Source of the DNA: a virus
Strand: one strand, 5' to 3'
Virus record (IMG/VR): IMGVR_UViG_3300007960_010163
Coordinates: 14,533-78,532 of that record
DNA: 64,000 bases
Part shown: positions 1-10,204 of the stretch, piece after piece
How positions within the stretch are numbered: the first letter of the stretch is position 1
How the letters are laid out: each line of letters begins with the position of its first letter
Notes under the pieces: model-generated
Seen by the model: the letters and a program-made list of their open reading frames with translations, nothing else
Told to the model about the DNA's origin: nothing
Databases searched by the model: none
Made by a program: the position numbers and the translations under genes

Positions 1-411
1 TACTTTTCCAACGAAATCAACTCGAGCATCTAAAAAATAGGAAAAGGGCTGAAAGTGAATGCCAGAACGAACTGAACCCTCTTCGCGGATCATCATATTC
101 TGAAATTCAGGGATTCTTCTAACGAATTCGTCAAAAGAAATTTGTTTAGCTAAATCGGCAAGCTTTTGATTTCCTTTATACCATCTATCTTTAGGGTTCA
201 TAGATTTGAAGTAACGATAACAAGAAGCTATACGATCCCACGGGTTACGAACAAAAGAAAAAGAAAAATACCCCTGATCTAAAAACTCAGAATGCTTTGA
301 TGCTGGAGCATGCCCCGAACCTAAAAAATCTAAATTAAGACTTTTGTAAACTGAGGTTCCAGCACATTTAGGTATGTGAATAAAGACACATTTTAAATCA
401 TGAGATATCAT
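1..411 (-). CDS. Sulfotransferase family 2 protein (runs off the window edge; not in ORF track)
   Basis: Manual translation from the ATG at 411: MISHDLKCVFIHIPKCAGTSV...FSFVRNPWDRIASCY, giving the 5'-PSB (HIPKxAGTS) and 3'-PB (RNPxDR) PAPS motifs. ATGA overlap with the upstream stop at 408-410. Confidence 0.9.
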   Translation of the reverse strand, partial: MISHDLKCVFIHIPKCAGTSVYKSLNLDFLGSGHAPASKHSEFLDQGYFSFSFVRNPWDRIASCYRYFKSMNPKDRWYKGNQKLADLAKQISFDEFVRRIPEFQNMMIREEGSVRSGIHFQPFSYFLDARVDFVGKV

Positions 412-1175
412 AGCCTTGTTAATTTCCTCCAGTCAACCTTGCCTGTTGTCGAATTCTTATATATTAAGCTTCCGAAATTTTTATCAGCCTCTTCTAATCT
501 AGTTGCGCCACTATATGTAAAAAAATCTTGTTTGTATGCAACCCCATTTAACTTTTCAAAAACTGGGGAGTCCATTAATAATAAATCTAAATGATCGCTC
601 CACGGAACTACGGACAGGATAGCTTCAATAGCTTCGATATGAAATATCTGAGCCCAGTTACCCCAAGAAGGAATAAGATTGTAGAAATTATCTTTAATGT
701 GATATTTTTCTGAAAATTGAATGTCTGGAGAAAACTCGACAATCCCATTTTTCAACCTTTCTTTACCAGAACCAACCAAAAACTTTACGAAAAAACTATT
801 TAAACTTTCCGCTTCTTTAATTATGAAAGAAATTTTATCCTCAATATTCTCCTCTAATAATTCGGTGTCATCCTCCAATATCAAAAACCATTTGGGAAAC
901 TCAGGATTAAAAGAATAATTTAATTGTATTTTTTTGAATAAAATTAACCAAGATAAATTGCAGCCTAATTTTCCCGGCAACCATTTCCATTTGTCTAGAT
1001 ATTCTTTTGTATGAAATCCAAACTTCCTGTCCATTGAGTCAAGATAATCATAATTGTCGATTGCATTTGCGGCCTCAAATAATTCCAATCCATTGAGTTT
1101 AGATTTTGTATCATTAAAATTTGAAAGACGACGCTCATCTTTTGTGAATGTTATCATGTAAGATTTAAAGTTCAT
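408..1175 (-). CDS. GT25-family glycosyltransferase
   Basis: ERR, GKLGCNLS and LILEDD motifs typical of GT25. Start moved to 1175 (TAATG overlap with the upstream stop); the ORF track gives 1190. Confidence 0.75.
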   Translation of the reverse strand: MNFKSYMITFTKDERRLSNFNDTKSKLNGLELFEAANAIDNYDYLDSMDRKFGFHTKEYLDKWKWLPGKLGCNLSWLILFKKIQLNYSFNPEFPKWFLILEDDTELLEENIEDKISFIIKEAESLNSFFVKFLVGSGKERLKNGIVEFSPDIQFSEKYHIKDNFYNLIPSWGNWAQIFHIEAIEAILSVVPWSDHLDLLLMDSPVFEKLNGVAYKQDFFTYSGATRLEEADKNFGSLIYKNSTTGKVDWRKLTRL

Positions 1176-1933
1176 TATTTCCAGTTCCATGGTTTAGATT
1201 TACATAAATACGAATCATAATTTGCCCAGCTTGGCCAACGCAGGCAGGAAACCCTGTAGCTTGCAAGCTTCATTATTTCTTGCTCTATCAAAAAAACTTT
1301 ATAGTTATCTTTTATTGTATTAAGGCCAAAGTCTTTAGCAAAGAAGAAATCAAAATTATTATTTTTGATAAGTGGTTTAAAGAAATCGAACTGCTTTTCA
1401 TCAGTCATGATATAAACTTTTTTGCAGTTAAATTTTTTTACATTTTTTAATATATTTGAAGGTTTTGTGCATTCTTTAGTTTGATTTAACCTATCGGACC
1501 TGCGGACATGCACACATGTATAATCTTTGAGTGATTCATATACTTTCTCAGAAATTTTTTTTAACGAGGGGTGTATAGGAATTTCTACAGAAATATCAGT
1601 AAGTTTAGAAAAAAGAGAATGGTTCTGCAGTAAGTCATTATCTTTTTTCTCTGGGATATAACTTAAAGATAATAAATTACTTGAGGGCGGTTGATCGCAA
1701 AGCAAGTACTTTTTGCCTTCGACTTTTATATCATTAAAATTAAAATAATCAGATAAATTTGAGCAAATTTCATTGCCGTGATTGTGCTTGCCAGATAATT
1801 TAAACAAAGGTGGAATTAAGTAAAAGTCATTATGATATGCATATTTAATTAGTTGCATTAAATTGCTTAATTGATGATTCAGTCCAGCAGCTCGAAGTTG
1901 AGATAAATCTACACTAATTTTTTTCTTTTTCAT
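1175..1933 (-). CDS. O-fucosyltransferase-like GT-B protein (POFUT/GT65-68-like)
   Basis: GLNHQ, CVHVRRSD, VYIMTDE and IEQEIM motifs match the GDP-fucose-binding motifs of the fucosyltransferase superfamily. Likely start MKKKKI at 1933. Confidence 0.65.
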   Translation of the reverse strand: MKKKKISVDLSQLRAAGLNHQLSNLMQLIKYAYHNDFYLIPPLFKLSGKHNHGNEICSNLSDYFNFNDIKVEGKKYLLCDQPPSSNLLSLSYIPEKKDNDLLQNHSLFSKLTDISVEIPIHPSLKKISEKVYESLKDYTCVHVRRSDRLNQTKECTKPSNILKNVKKFNCKKVYIMTDEKQFDFFKPLIKNNNFDFFFAKDFGLNTIKDNYKVFLIEQEIMKLASYRVSCLRWPSWANYDSYLCKSKPWNWK

Positions 1934-3329
1934 GAAGATTATATAAGTGTTGAAGCTTATTGCCGAGTTCAGAAGATTTAGCATAGTCACTCTCGTATTC
2001 ATTAAGTTGGATATAGCCTTCTGTAGTCATTTCTTTAATATGCTCTTTATAAGCATTCGTGCCGTAAAAATTAATCAATTCATCAGGGTCTACTTTTTGG
2101 TCAAAAAGCCAAGGGTCATCATCTATGGAAACAACTAATTTTAATGAATTTTTAATAATAGCAATCCAGTTCCAGTTTCTACTGTAAACTATGCGATCTC
2201 TCTCTATGGTTTTATCCGAACACAAAATATCACTACTAAAACTTGAACCATGAAATGATTGTTTTTGATAATGCACTCCACACAAATCAAGAATGGTTGG
2301 GGCGAAATCTGGCATTGAGTGTGGTGTGTTTACCACTTTGCTTGATATTTTATTGGGATAATAAATAATCATGGGAACTCTAATGGAGCAATCATAAGGC
2401 AGTGATTTGTTGATAAATCTATGCTCGTAAAGCAAATCTCCATGATCCGAAGTAAAAACCAAAATTGTATTATCAAGTAAATTAATATTTTTGAGGCAAG
2501 AAATTATTTTGCCTACGTTATCATCAATACACTTAACCATTCCAAAATATTTTTTGATGGATTCTGGGAGCCATTTATTAGCGCGTTCGCCATTTTTTAC
2601 CCATAAAGGCTGATCCATAGGTTTGTTTACTGATTTCTTCATTGTACGAGGTAGATCAAAAACAAGATCATTAAACATTGAATTATAAGGCTCTCGAACT
2701 ACATTTGGATCATGAGGATCAGGAATACATAAAGTCAATAAAAATGGTTTTGTTTTATTAGATTTTATAATTTCTATGGCTTTATTTGAGAGCCAATCTG
2801 TCGTGTAATTTTCATCATTTGCTAAATCAAGATCCCAATCAGAAGTGCTGATGTTATCACCAGTTTCTTTAATAATTTTAAAATGACCTCGATTATACAT
2901 ATAGCGATTATGGTCGAAGCCGAAATTAGGAGAGGTTCCCCAGTCAGGCGAGTTCATTCCATTTAAGTGCCATTTCCCTACATAATTTGTTGAATACCCA
3001 GCATTTTTGAAAAAATGAGCAAAGGTTTTTTTGTTACTTTTTAAATGTTGCGACTGCCATTCAGTCCCAGCATTGATTACATTATCATAATGGCGACCAG
3101 TAAAAAATGTAGCACGGGAAGGTTGGCATATGGGAAATGGAGTTATGAAATTATTAAAAAGACATCCATTTTTAGCAAGAAAATCAATATTGGGGGTATC
3201 GACTTTGACATCTTTACCGAACTGAAACGCTTGATCTTCTGTCATTAAGTCTCGATAACAACCTAAAGTTCTTAGATTATGTTCGTCGGTATGAATAATT
3301 ATTACATTTGGTTTTTGGCTCATGATCAT
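1914..3329 (-). CDS. Cys-type (formylglycine-dependent) sulfatase, no signal peptide
   Basis: KPNVIIIHTDE, TPNIDFLA, CQPSRA (CxPxR), GKWHL, PDPHDP and FTSDHG motifs. Confidence 0.95.
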   Translation of the reverse strand: MIMSQKPNVIIIHTDEHNLRTLGCYRDLMTEDQAFQFGKDVKVDTPNIDFLAKNGCLFNNFITPFPICQPSRATFFTGRHYDNVINAGTEWQSQHLKSNKKTFAHFFKNAGYSTNYVGKWHLNGMNSPDWGTSPNFGFDHNRYMYNRGHFKIIKETGDNISTSDWDLDLANDENYTTDWLSNKAIEIIKSNKTKPFLLTLCIPDPHDPNVVREPYNSMFNDLVFDLPRTMKKSVNKPMDQPLWVKNGERANKWLPESIKKYFGMVKCIDDNVGKIISCLKNINLLDNTILVFTSDHGDLLYEHRFINKSLPYDCSIRVPMIIYYPNKISSKVVNTPHSMPDFAPTILDLCGVHYQKQSFHGSSFSSDILCSDKTIERDRIVYSRNWNWIAIIKNSLKLVVSIDDDPWLFDQKVDPDELINFYGTNAYKEHIKEMTTEGYIQLNEYESDYAKSSELGNKLQHLYNLHEKEKN

Positions 3330-4117
3330 AAAGAATCTATATATTTCAATAAATCAAAGCCATTATTTCTTTGAATCTTGTGTTGATTTAAATTAAGAAC
3401 ACGGCAAATTGTATCAAAAAAAGGATAAAACCCTGCTCCGATTTTTTTATCCGAAAGCGTTTGTGCATCGACTTCAATAACTAAAGTATCGGGTTGACAA
3501 AAAAATAAATTAGCCATGCAAGCTCCATGAGCACATATAATAATTTTCGCATAATGAAAATGCATGATTTGATCTTTAAAATCCATATTTTCCAGAATAA
3601 CAGAGCCAAATTTATCTTTATATTTTTTACTTAGCATCTTTTCCGCCCTGTCTATACCTTTAATTTCACGACGCTCTTTACCATTTGTTAAATTGTTATT
3701 TTGTTTTTTTAAATATGGATCAGAGATTAGATCTACTCTTTCTCCTCTTTTTATTAAAAGCACCTCTGGATAAGAAGCATCAGGGGATTTGTCAATACCT
3801 AAGGACTGAAAAATAAAATGAGCAAATTTGCTAAAGTCTTGAGTGTTTTCGTGAGAAGGCAATCTTTCAATGACTTTTTCTTCGCATTCAATTTTGTCAA
3901 ATGCTGTTTGATCTACTTCTATGTTTCTGCAATTGAATATTTCTTCATATATTTTTTCAAAATTACCTAATGTCTGATCTAAATTTTTTATTCTAAAAAC
4001 ATGGTCATGCTCAGGTATACCAGAGAGAACTTCAGGAAAAACACAATCACACATAAAATGTGCGAAATGAAATAAATTGCCGCCTTTTCTTTTGTTTTTA
4101 ACTTTTATCAAACTCAT
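3326..4117 (-). CDS. GT61-family glycosyltransferase
   Basis: NLFHF, LLIKRG, FKDQIMHFHYAKIIICAHGACMANLFFC and VIEV match the GT61/DUF563 signature. Confidence 0.8.
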   Translation of the reverse strand: MSLIKVKNKRKGGNLFHFAHFMCDCVFPEVLSGIPEHDHVFRIKNLDQTLGNFEKIYEEIFNCRNIEVDQTAFDKIECEEKVIERLPSHENTQDFSKFAHFIFQSLGIDKSPDASYPEVLLIKRGERVDLISDPYLKKQNNNLTNGKERREIKGIDRAEKMLSKKYKDKFGSVILENMDFKDQIMHFHYAKIIICAHGACMANLFFCQPDTLVIEVDAQTLSDKKIGAGFYPFFDTICRVLNLNQHKIQRNNGFDLLKYIDSL

Positions 4118-4670
4118 AATCAAATAGCCTTATGTCTTTTGAGAATTTTTCTGCAACCATATTTACACTACGATCATTATAGAAATAAGAATAATGAATG
4201 CCTTTAGGTTTTGGGGATACTTTTTCTCTATCTGGACCGGTTGTTATAGGTTTAGAGTTTTCGTGAGGAAGCTTAGTTTTAGCCTTGCCTATTTTTTGAC
4301 ATACAAAATCGAAGTCTTGCTGTAAGTTTTCAAACTTACCTATAAAATCAATGTCAAGATCGAAATAATCACTGTGAATACAGCTATGGGCAGTAAGCCG
4401 CTCTTTTTGCTCATACCATCTTGAAATATATTCATTAAAATCTTTTGTATAACACTGACCATTATAAAAATATTGTGAAACCATCTTGTCCCAAGGGTTT
4501 CTTGTGAATGAAAAAGTAAAATAATCATCCCATTTGCCTTTTGTTATCGATTTAATATCAGAAGCTGGAACATGAAATTGTTTTTTTCTCATGTTCAAAG
4601 CGGAGCAAACAGAGACACCTCCTGTTTTAACCACATGAATAAAAATACATTTATATTGATGATTAATCAT
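4098..4670 (-). CDS. Sulfotransferase family 2 protein
   Basis: FIHVVKTGGVS, RNPWDKMVSQY and DFIGKFENLQQDF. Start at MINHQY (4670, ATGA overlap). Confidence 0.9.
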   Translation of the reverse strand: MINHQYKCIFIHVVKTGGVSVCSALNMRKKQFHVPASDIKSITKGKWDDYFTFSFTRNPWDKMVSQYFYNGQCYTKDFNEYISRWYEQKERLTAHSCIHSDYFDLDIDFIGKFENLQQDFDFVCQKIGKAKTKLPHENSKPITTGPDREKVSPKPKGIHYSYFYNDRSVNMVAEKFSKDIRLFDYEFDKS

Positions 4671-5320
4671 TTGTTGATATCTAATCTTAATACCACCTTG
4701 TCTGGCCAAGGATTAATTTCTTTTGGGACGATTCCGCATTTTTTCAAAAATTTTGCAACAGCTAAATCTTCATATATATGATGATACCTAATTTCAGAAA
4801 CTTGGTGAAAATTTTTAAATTTTTTAACAGCTTCAGAGCTTAAGAAATAAGTGGCTCCTCCAGCAGCCCAATGAACATAATCACCATTATATCTTTTATT
4901 GTACCAAGGAGAATCTTCTCTTACTCTACCAATATGCCAGCCCCTCTTGCCTTCTTTAGTTTTTACTTGAAAGCCTGCGTAATCATAATCTGCGAGCGAT
5001 TCAATTAACTGATTTTCTCTACTAGGATTCCATCTGACCCAATCAATATCGTCATCTATTTTCCAAAAATAATCATAATTTTTATGATAATCATTGTTAG
5101 CTAAGTAATTATAAATTGCAAACATCTTCTCTGGCAGGTCTTCATATAGATCGCGACATTTTAATTGTATAACATTTTCTTCCAGTTCCTTTTCCTCTTC
5201 TCCACCAGTAAAGATCAAATAGTCACCAAGATTCCATTTTTCAACTCGAGCTTTAATTTCCTTAACTCGATGAATATACTTTTGACAGCATACAAAAACT
5301 TTAAGTATTCCACTTTTCAT
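4667..5320 (-). CDS. GT31-family (galactosyltransferase/Fringe-like) glycosyltransferase
   Basis: YEDLPEK, WKIDDD, AAGGATYFLS and YEDLAVA are GT31 motifs. Confidence 0.75.
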   Translation of the reverse strand: MKSGILKVFVCCQKYIHRVKEIKARVEKWNLGDYLIFTGGEEEKELEENVIQLKCRDLYEDLPEKMFAIYNYLANNDYHKNYDYFWKIDDDIDWVRWNPSRENQLIESLADYDYAGFQVKTKEGKRGWHIGRVREDSPWYNKRYNGDYVHWAAGGATYFLSSEAVKKFKNFHQVSEIRYHHIYEDLAVAKFLKKCGIVPKEINPWPDKVVLRLDINK

Positions 5321-6032
5321 TAAAATAACCTTTACCTACTGATCGACTTTCATTTCTATTAACTTTTTCGTGATCCAGATGATAACCTTTGCAGTTAACA
5401 TTAATTATGATTTCGTTGCCAGCCATCTTTGCTCGCTTTGCGAAATCAAAATCTTCACCACCCCAACCTTTGAATCCTTCATCTAAACCTTCGATCTCAT
5501 TAAATACACGAGCAGGACACGACCAATTTCCTCCGTACATATACCGAGGGGGTATTGGTTTTTCATGGATTAAATAGGGGCGCTTAATTTTATCTATGAA
5601 ATCTTGACGGCGATCACCATTTTTAAGCGAATCAATATAGTTGAAATCATTATGTATTTTTTCAACAGTAACTTTTGGAACATCATTAATTGGTATGGAT
5701 AAACAAAGACCTGCAATTAATTTATCGCCATACTTCAAATGCTCAGATACAAAATCTGGACTCCAAATAACATCAGAGTTGCCAAAGATAAAGCGATCAC
5801 CAGAAGCTAAGTCAGCGCCTCGATTCCAAATATACGCAAGTCTATAACCTTCATTTGGGCGGCTAAAATATTTTATACCTTCTTTTTCTAAGTATTCTAT
5901 TGTCCCGTCTGTTGAACCATCATCTGCTATAATGAGCTCAAAATCTTTTTCCGTTTGAATCTTTAATGTTTCAACACTTAATTTTAAAGCTGGCAAATTA
6001 TTATAAGCCGATAATATTACTGAAGCTTTCAT
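5301..6032 (-). CDS. GT2-family glycosyltransferase with GT7C-like C-terminal motif
   Basis: SVILSAYN, IIADDGSTD and DEGFKGWGGEDFDF. Start at MKASV (6032, ATGA overlap). Confidence 0.9.
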   Translation of the reverse strand: MKASVILSAYNNLPALKLSVETLKIQTEKDFELIIADDGSTDGTIEYLEKEGIKYFSRPNEGYRLAYIWNRGADLASGDRFIFGNSDVIWSPDFVSEHLKYGDKLIAGLCLSIPINDVPKVTVEKIHNDFNYIDSLKNGDRRQDFIDKIKRPYLIHEKPIPPRYMYGGNWSCPARVFNEIEGLDEGFKGWGGEDFDFAKRAKMAGNEIIINVNCKGYHLDHEKVNRNESRSVGKGYFNEKWNT

Positions 6033-6838
6033 ATTTGATGAATTTTTTCTTCTGGGAATTGAAGATGACAAACACCAGAAATCATCATATTTTTATGAGC
6101 TGGATCAAGTATTCGCCTTCCTCTTACGAATTTACACAATTTAATATGATATTCCTGATTTAATAAATAATGTTTTTTGAGATCGTTTCTTTCAACGCAT
6201 TGTTTTAAAAAGTTTTCGCAAGACCATCCATCAATATAATCCCATGTACAATTATTGTAATCTTTGATTGTCTTTATATATTCATAGGTTTCATTTATAT
6301 AATCTTCATTGTATAAATAATCAATCTTGTCGGCACGAATAAAATAAAAATTTGTTTGAGGGTAAAAGTGATTATTATAATGTCTGGTATAATTGAAGTT
6401 ATAAGCTTTTAGATCTTCAACCTTAAATCCATTTAAGTAAATAAAATCTACATCAGGTACATTGATATTAAGTATTGAATCATTAAATATAACATCATTT
6501 GAACTTTTTAACGCCCATTTTCCACCTTTTGATTTGCATAAATTAATTAATGCGTTTTCGCTATCAGCGATTCCAAAACCATGCCCGCGATTTTTTTCTA
6601 TATCAATGACATGACAATCCGGAAAGTATTTCTTCCATAAAGAATGATTTTTCTGAACTAAAGAATCGGATAAATGGGAATAAGTTGTAGCTACTGCAAT
6701 ATGTTTAAATTGCTTTAAGATAGGTAAGTTATACTTAATATATTTTTGCTCAAGTAAATCTATAGAAGAAGTTGAATCTATATAACCATTGGATAAAAAC
6801 CAACTTTCATTAATTATTTCTTTTAAATTCACTTCCAA
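6029..6838 (-). CDS. Hypothetical protein, probable GT-A glycosyltransferase
   Basis: 269-aa coupled ORF in the glycan operon, with NRGHGFG and KSSNDV segments. Function inferred from context. Confidence 0.45.
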   Translation of the reverse strand: MEVNLKEIINESWFLSNGYIDSTSSIDLLEQKYIKYNLPILKQFKHIAVATTYSHLSDSLVQKNHSLWKKYFPDCHVIDIEKNRGHGFGIADSENALINLCKSKGGKWALKSSNDVIFNDSILNINVPDVDFIYLNGFKVEDLKAYNFNYTRHYNNHFYPQTNFYFIRADKIDYLYNEDYINETYEYIKTIKDYNNCTWDYIDGWSCENFLKQCVERNDLKKHYLLNQEYHIKLCKFVRGRRILDPAHKNMMISGVCHLQFPEEKIHQI

Positions 6839-7818
6839 AAATCATATATACCCTTATCGATCTCGTACTTTTCCCATTTAAAAATCTCACGGACTGGTTG
6901 TGTTTGAGCCCATTTCCACATTTTTGCTAAACCATCTTGCAGAGAAACGGTATGCTTGAAGCCTAAAATATCAACAGATTTTTTATAAGTAGGAATGGAA
7001 TGCTTAACTTCGTGACGAGCCTCTTTATATATAGACTCTCCATCCTCGATGATTTTAAGTAAAATTTTATTAGCTTCATTAATAGAATGCTCTTCGACCC
7101 CACCAAGATTTATAATTTCTTTTGAAGATTCTTTTTTGATTGCAGCATTATATAGTGGCTGTAAAATATCATCAACGCAACTAAATGCCCGCGTTTGCTC
7201 GCCATCTCCAAAAATAGACATTGGTAAACCTTGCATATACTGAAACATCCAGATGCCTAAAACGTTTCTATATCTATCCCAAATATTTTGCTTTGCGCCA
7301 TATACATTATGGGGCCTGATAATACACCAATCTAATCCATGTTGCTCACCAGCAATTTGAATATCCATTTCGCAAGCATATTTTGCAACTCCATATGGAT
7401 CAATTGGAGCTGGAGTCTGCTCTTCTTTAAAGATTCCTCCATCTCCATGACCATAAACAGCCAAAGAAGAAGTAAAAACCAATCTGCTAACATTATGAGT
7501 AATGCATGCATTAATAATAGCGGCAGTCGAAACAGTATTATTTAGGTAGTTAAATTTTCTAATAAAGGGACTTAATCCTTCTGCTGCATAAGCCGCCAAA
7601 TGAAAAACATAGTCTATTTGATGCGTTTTGAAAATTTCATCTATATCATCCTTATGCAAATTAGCTTGATAAAAAATCACTCTTTGATCTACATTCTCTA
7701 TATAACCGCCGCTAAGATCGTCAATCCCGATAACGTTCACATTTGAAATGTTTTCTAAAAGCCAATCGGCTAGCCTACTTCCAATGAGGCCCGCAACACC
7801 AGTAATTAGTATGTTCAT
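6829..7818 (-). CDS. NAD-dependent nucleotide-sugar epimerase/dehydratase (extended SDR)
   Basis: ILITGVAGLIG, FHLAA, YGVAK (YxxxK) and HNVYG. Confidence 0.93.
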   Translation of the reverse strand: MNILITGVAGLIGSRLADWLLENISNVNVIGIDDLSGGYIENVDQRVIFYQANLHKDDIDEIFKTHQIDYVFHLAAYAAEGLSPFIRKFNYLNNTVSTAAIINACITHNVSRLVFTSSLAVYGHGDGGIFKEEQTPAPIDPYGVAKYACEMDIQIAGEQHGLDWCIIRPHNVYGAKQNIWDRYRNVLGIWMFQYMQGLPMSIFGDGEQTRAFSCVDDILQPLYNAAIKKESSKEIINLGGVEEHSINEANKILLKIIEDGESIYKEARHEVKHSIPTYKKSVDILGFKHTVSLQDGLAKMWKWAQTQPVREIFKWEKYEIDKGIYDFWK

Positions 7819-7827
7819 ATCTTGATA

Positions 7828-7832
7828 TACAC
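7828..7832 (-). promoter_or_regulatory. GTGTA motif 9 nt upstream of ATG (putative phage-sigma promoter)
   Basis: AAAGTGTATATCAAGATATG; the same motif recurs at similar spacing before three other genes. Confidence 0.55.
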
Positions 7833-7836
7833 TTTA

Positions 7837-8421
7837 TTATTTAAATTCATATCCGAAATGCTCAATGTCCTTCGCGTATTTTTCTGCAACGACACCACGC
7901 ATTTCATCATCATAATATTCAGTATAGTATTTATGTTTCGACTTATTGTTCCAACGAAGTTTGCGAATCGGTATGCCCATCTTGTTACATATAAAATCCC
8001 AATCCTTTTGAATTGTTTCAAACCTGCCTATAAAGTGAGGTATTAAGCCTCCATCGTAATCACATATCCACTCGTGTTGAGGTCTAAAATGAATTTGATC
8101 AAAAAGAGAGTCGTCCCAATTTAACACAAGGTCTCTAAAACTTTTATATTTAGATAAATATTTTTTAAAGTCTAAAGCGTCATTTTTGCAATTCCCGCCC
8201 TGTTTTAAATAGTGGAAACTGGAAACTAAGCGATCCCAAGGATTCCGCACAAAAGTAAATATAAAATCATAATCATGATAATTAATATCTTTTAAGAATT
8301 TAAACTCTTTTAAGTTAGTATCGTGACCCTGATAAAAATAAGGGCATGGATTAGGATTAAGGGAGTTACCTGCGCATTTCGGTATATGAGCGAAAAGCCA
8401 CTTTTTTGATTCACATTCCAT
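7837..8421 (-). CDS. Sulfotransferase family 2 protein
   Basis: FAHIPKCAGNS, RNPWDRLVSSF, HFRPQ and IGRFE. Confidence 0.9.
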   Translation of the reverse strand: MECESKKWLFAHIPKCAGNSLNPNPCPYFYQGHDTNLKEFKFLKDINYHDYDFIFTFVRNPWDRLVSSFHYLKQGGNCKNDALDFKKYLSKYKSFRDLVLNWDDSLFDQIHFRPQHEWICDYDGGLIPHFIGRFETIQKDWDFICNKMGIPIRKLRWNNKSKHKYYTEYYDDEMRGVVAEKYAKDIEHFGYEFK

Positions 8422-8430
8422 AGCTCATGA

Positions 8431-8970
8431 TTATATGAATATTGTAAATTGCATATCAACAATTTCAATCTCAAGGTTATGGCGTCTTACGAACTCGTCT
8501 ACCGCAGGTTTAGGGCCTCCTCCACCATCACTTCCCGCTCCAGATTTTGGATTGTTTGCCCAAAGACCATAGTCATCACCGCATAAATACCCACCCTGCT
8601 TTATTAAAGGATAATAAAATTCTAAATCTTTTTTTACTCCATCATAACTATGATCCCCGTCAATATAGACCCAGTTAAAATATTTTTCAGGAAAGGAAAC
8701 CTGAGTTGAAAATACTCGGTGAATCTCCACATTGTTTAATTTTCTAAACTTGTTTGATACAGTTTGATAAACTTTATTCATGATTTCTTGATTGGCTGAG
8801 TAGCATCTTTCAATTACGTCTTGCGTTTTCCACGGGTCAATCAAGTGTAGCATAGAAGGTTTGCGTTTTAATATTTGAACAGAAAGGTCGCCTTCCCATA
8901 CGCCTACCTCTGCGCAGACATATCCTTCTTTAATATATTTTAATGTATAATGGTTATCTTGATTTTTCAT
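8431..8970 (-). CDS. Class I SAM-dependent methyltransferase (Methyltransf_24-like, probable sugar O-methyltransferase)
   Basis: AEVGVWEG, LIDPW, YIDGDHSY and GGYLCGDDY. Confidence 0.88.
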   Translation of the reverse strand: MKNQDNHYTLKYIKEGYVCAEVGVWEGDLSVQILKRKPSMLHLIDPWKTQDVIERCYSANQEIMNKVYQTVSNKFRKLNNVEIHRVFSTQVSFPEKYFNWVYIDGDHSYDGVKKDLEFYYPLIKQGGYLCGDDYGLWANNPKSGAGSDGGGGPKPAVDEFVRRHNLEIEIVDMQFTIFI

Positions 8971-8973
8971 ATA

Positions 8974-9537
8974 CTATCCTCGAAATTTGTAACCAAAATG
9001 CTCAATGTCTTTTGCGTATTGTTCTCCAACGATTTGTCTCGTTTCGCCATCATAATATGCTGTATAGTGTTCGTGGCCATTTCTGTTTTTATGAGGTAAC
9101 TTCACTTTAGGGATCTTAAGTTTATCAAAAACTTTATCCATACCATCGGGATCTTCTAGTTTAAAAACATAATCCATTAACAAATTGCCATCTTCATCAG
9201 CAAGCCAATTAAATTGAGGGGATGCTGGATAATGCCTGACGAAATCTTTAAATTCAGTATGGTTATGTTGGCCTTTTTTAAGCCTATATGCCCATGATGA
9301 AACCCGTCTTTCCCAAGGGTTTCGTACTACAGAAAATTTATAATAACCATTCCAGTCCCAGTCTTGAGATTTGAAATGAGATTTTAGATTAAGTGCTGTT
9401 GTGTGATGTTTATATGGTGAATTTCTATCATTAACGCTTACTATATCGCTATATGGATCAATAACAGATCTGACTGATGTACTGCCAGTTTTCGGAACAG
9501 CGATAAAAACAAATTTATGTTTGTGAGATATTCTCAT
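8974..9537 (-). CDS. Sulfotransferase family 2 protein
   Basis: FIAVPKTGSTS and RNPWERRVSSW. Confidence 0.9.
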   Translation of the reverse strand: MRISHKHKFVFIAVPKTGSTSVRSVIDPYSDIVSVNDRNSPYKHHTTALNLKSHFKSQDWDWNGYYKFSVVRNPWERRVSSWAYRLKKGQHNHTEFKDFVRHYPASPQFNWLADEDGNLLMDYVFKLEDPDGMDKVFDKLKIPKVKLPHKNRNGHEHYTAYYDGETRQIVGEQYAKDIEHFGYKFRG

Positions 9538-10201
9538 AACTTATAGATGAATCTTGTTTTGACTTATTCCATTTTTTTACATTGTTTTTCTCGTTCCATT
9601 CTCTACCAATATGATTAAATACTCCATTAAAATGAACACGTTTAACATTTTTAAAATGATCTTTATCTTCTTTTTTTCTGTTGCGATGATAGTCAATTAA
9701 AAGCTGTTCAGGGTCCTGTTTTTTACCATCATTTAAAATATATGGTTCGTAAACATGCTCAGAAAAAAACTGCTTAGCCCACATAGACGGATGGAATGAG
9801 AATTCAAAAAGATGATTTGGATGAAAGCCAATATAATCATAATCGCTGTCTATTAGCTCTTTTATGTCATAACTAATATCGTGCTTCTTATCATCTTCAA
9901 GCCAAAAAACATATCCTTGGTCGCTAAGTTCATTAATGCTATTTTGGCATGAATTAATACAATTACTGGCGGCAGTGAAAAAACAAGGGTCAGAAGCGCA
10001 AGTTATCGTATGATTAATATCTTTTAGGATGTATGAAAAATTTTTATGAGTTTCAGATTGATCTCCAAGTGCAGGATCTATATTAACAAACCAATGGCAT
10101 TTAATTTTTTGCTCCCTTAAATCGTTAGCAAAAGACATGAGGCATTCGGTGTGCAATTCGGGGCGGCAAATTGCTGTAGTTATTATATATAAATCATTCA
10201 C
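9515..10201 (-). CDS. Probable GT-A glycosyltransferase
   Basis: TTAICRPELH, FWLEDD, FSFHPS and HIGREW resemble a GT2-like fold; operon context. Confidence 0.55.
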   Translation of the reverse strand: MNDLYIITTAICRPELHTECLMSFANDLREQKIKCHWFVNIDPALGDQSETHKNFSYILKDINHTITCASDPCFFTAASNCINSCQNSINELSDQGYVFWLEDDKKHDISYDIKELIDSDYDYIGFHPNHLFEFSFHPSMWAKQFFSEHVYEPYILNDGKKQDPEQLLIDYHRNRKKEDKDHFKNVKRVHFNGVFNHIGREWNEKNNVKKWNKSKQDSSISYENISQT

Positions 10202-10204
10202 TTT

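Noticed and set aside
7815-8021. 68-aa alternative-frame ORF
   Set aside because: It is nested in the sulfotransferase gene, which has clear motifs.
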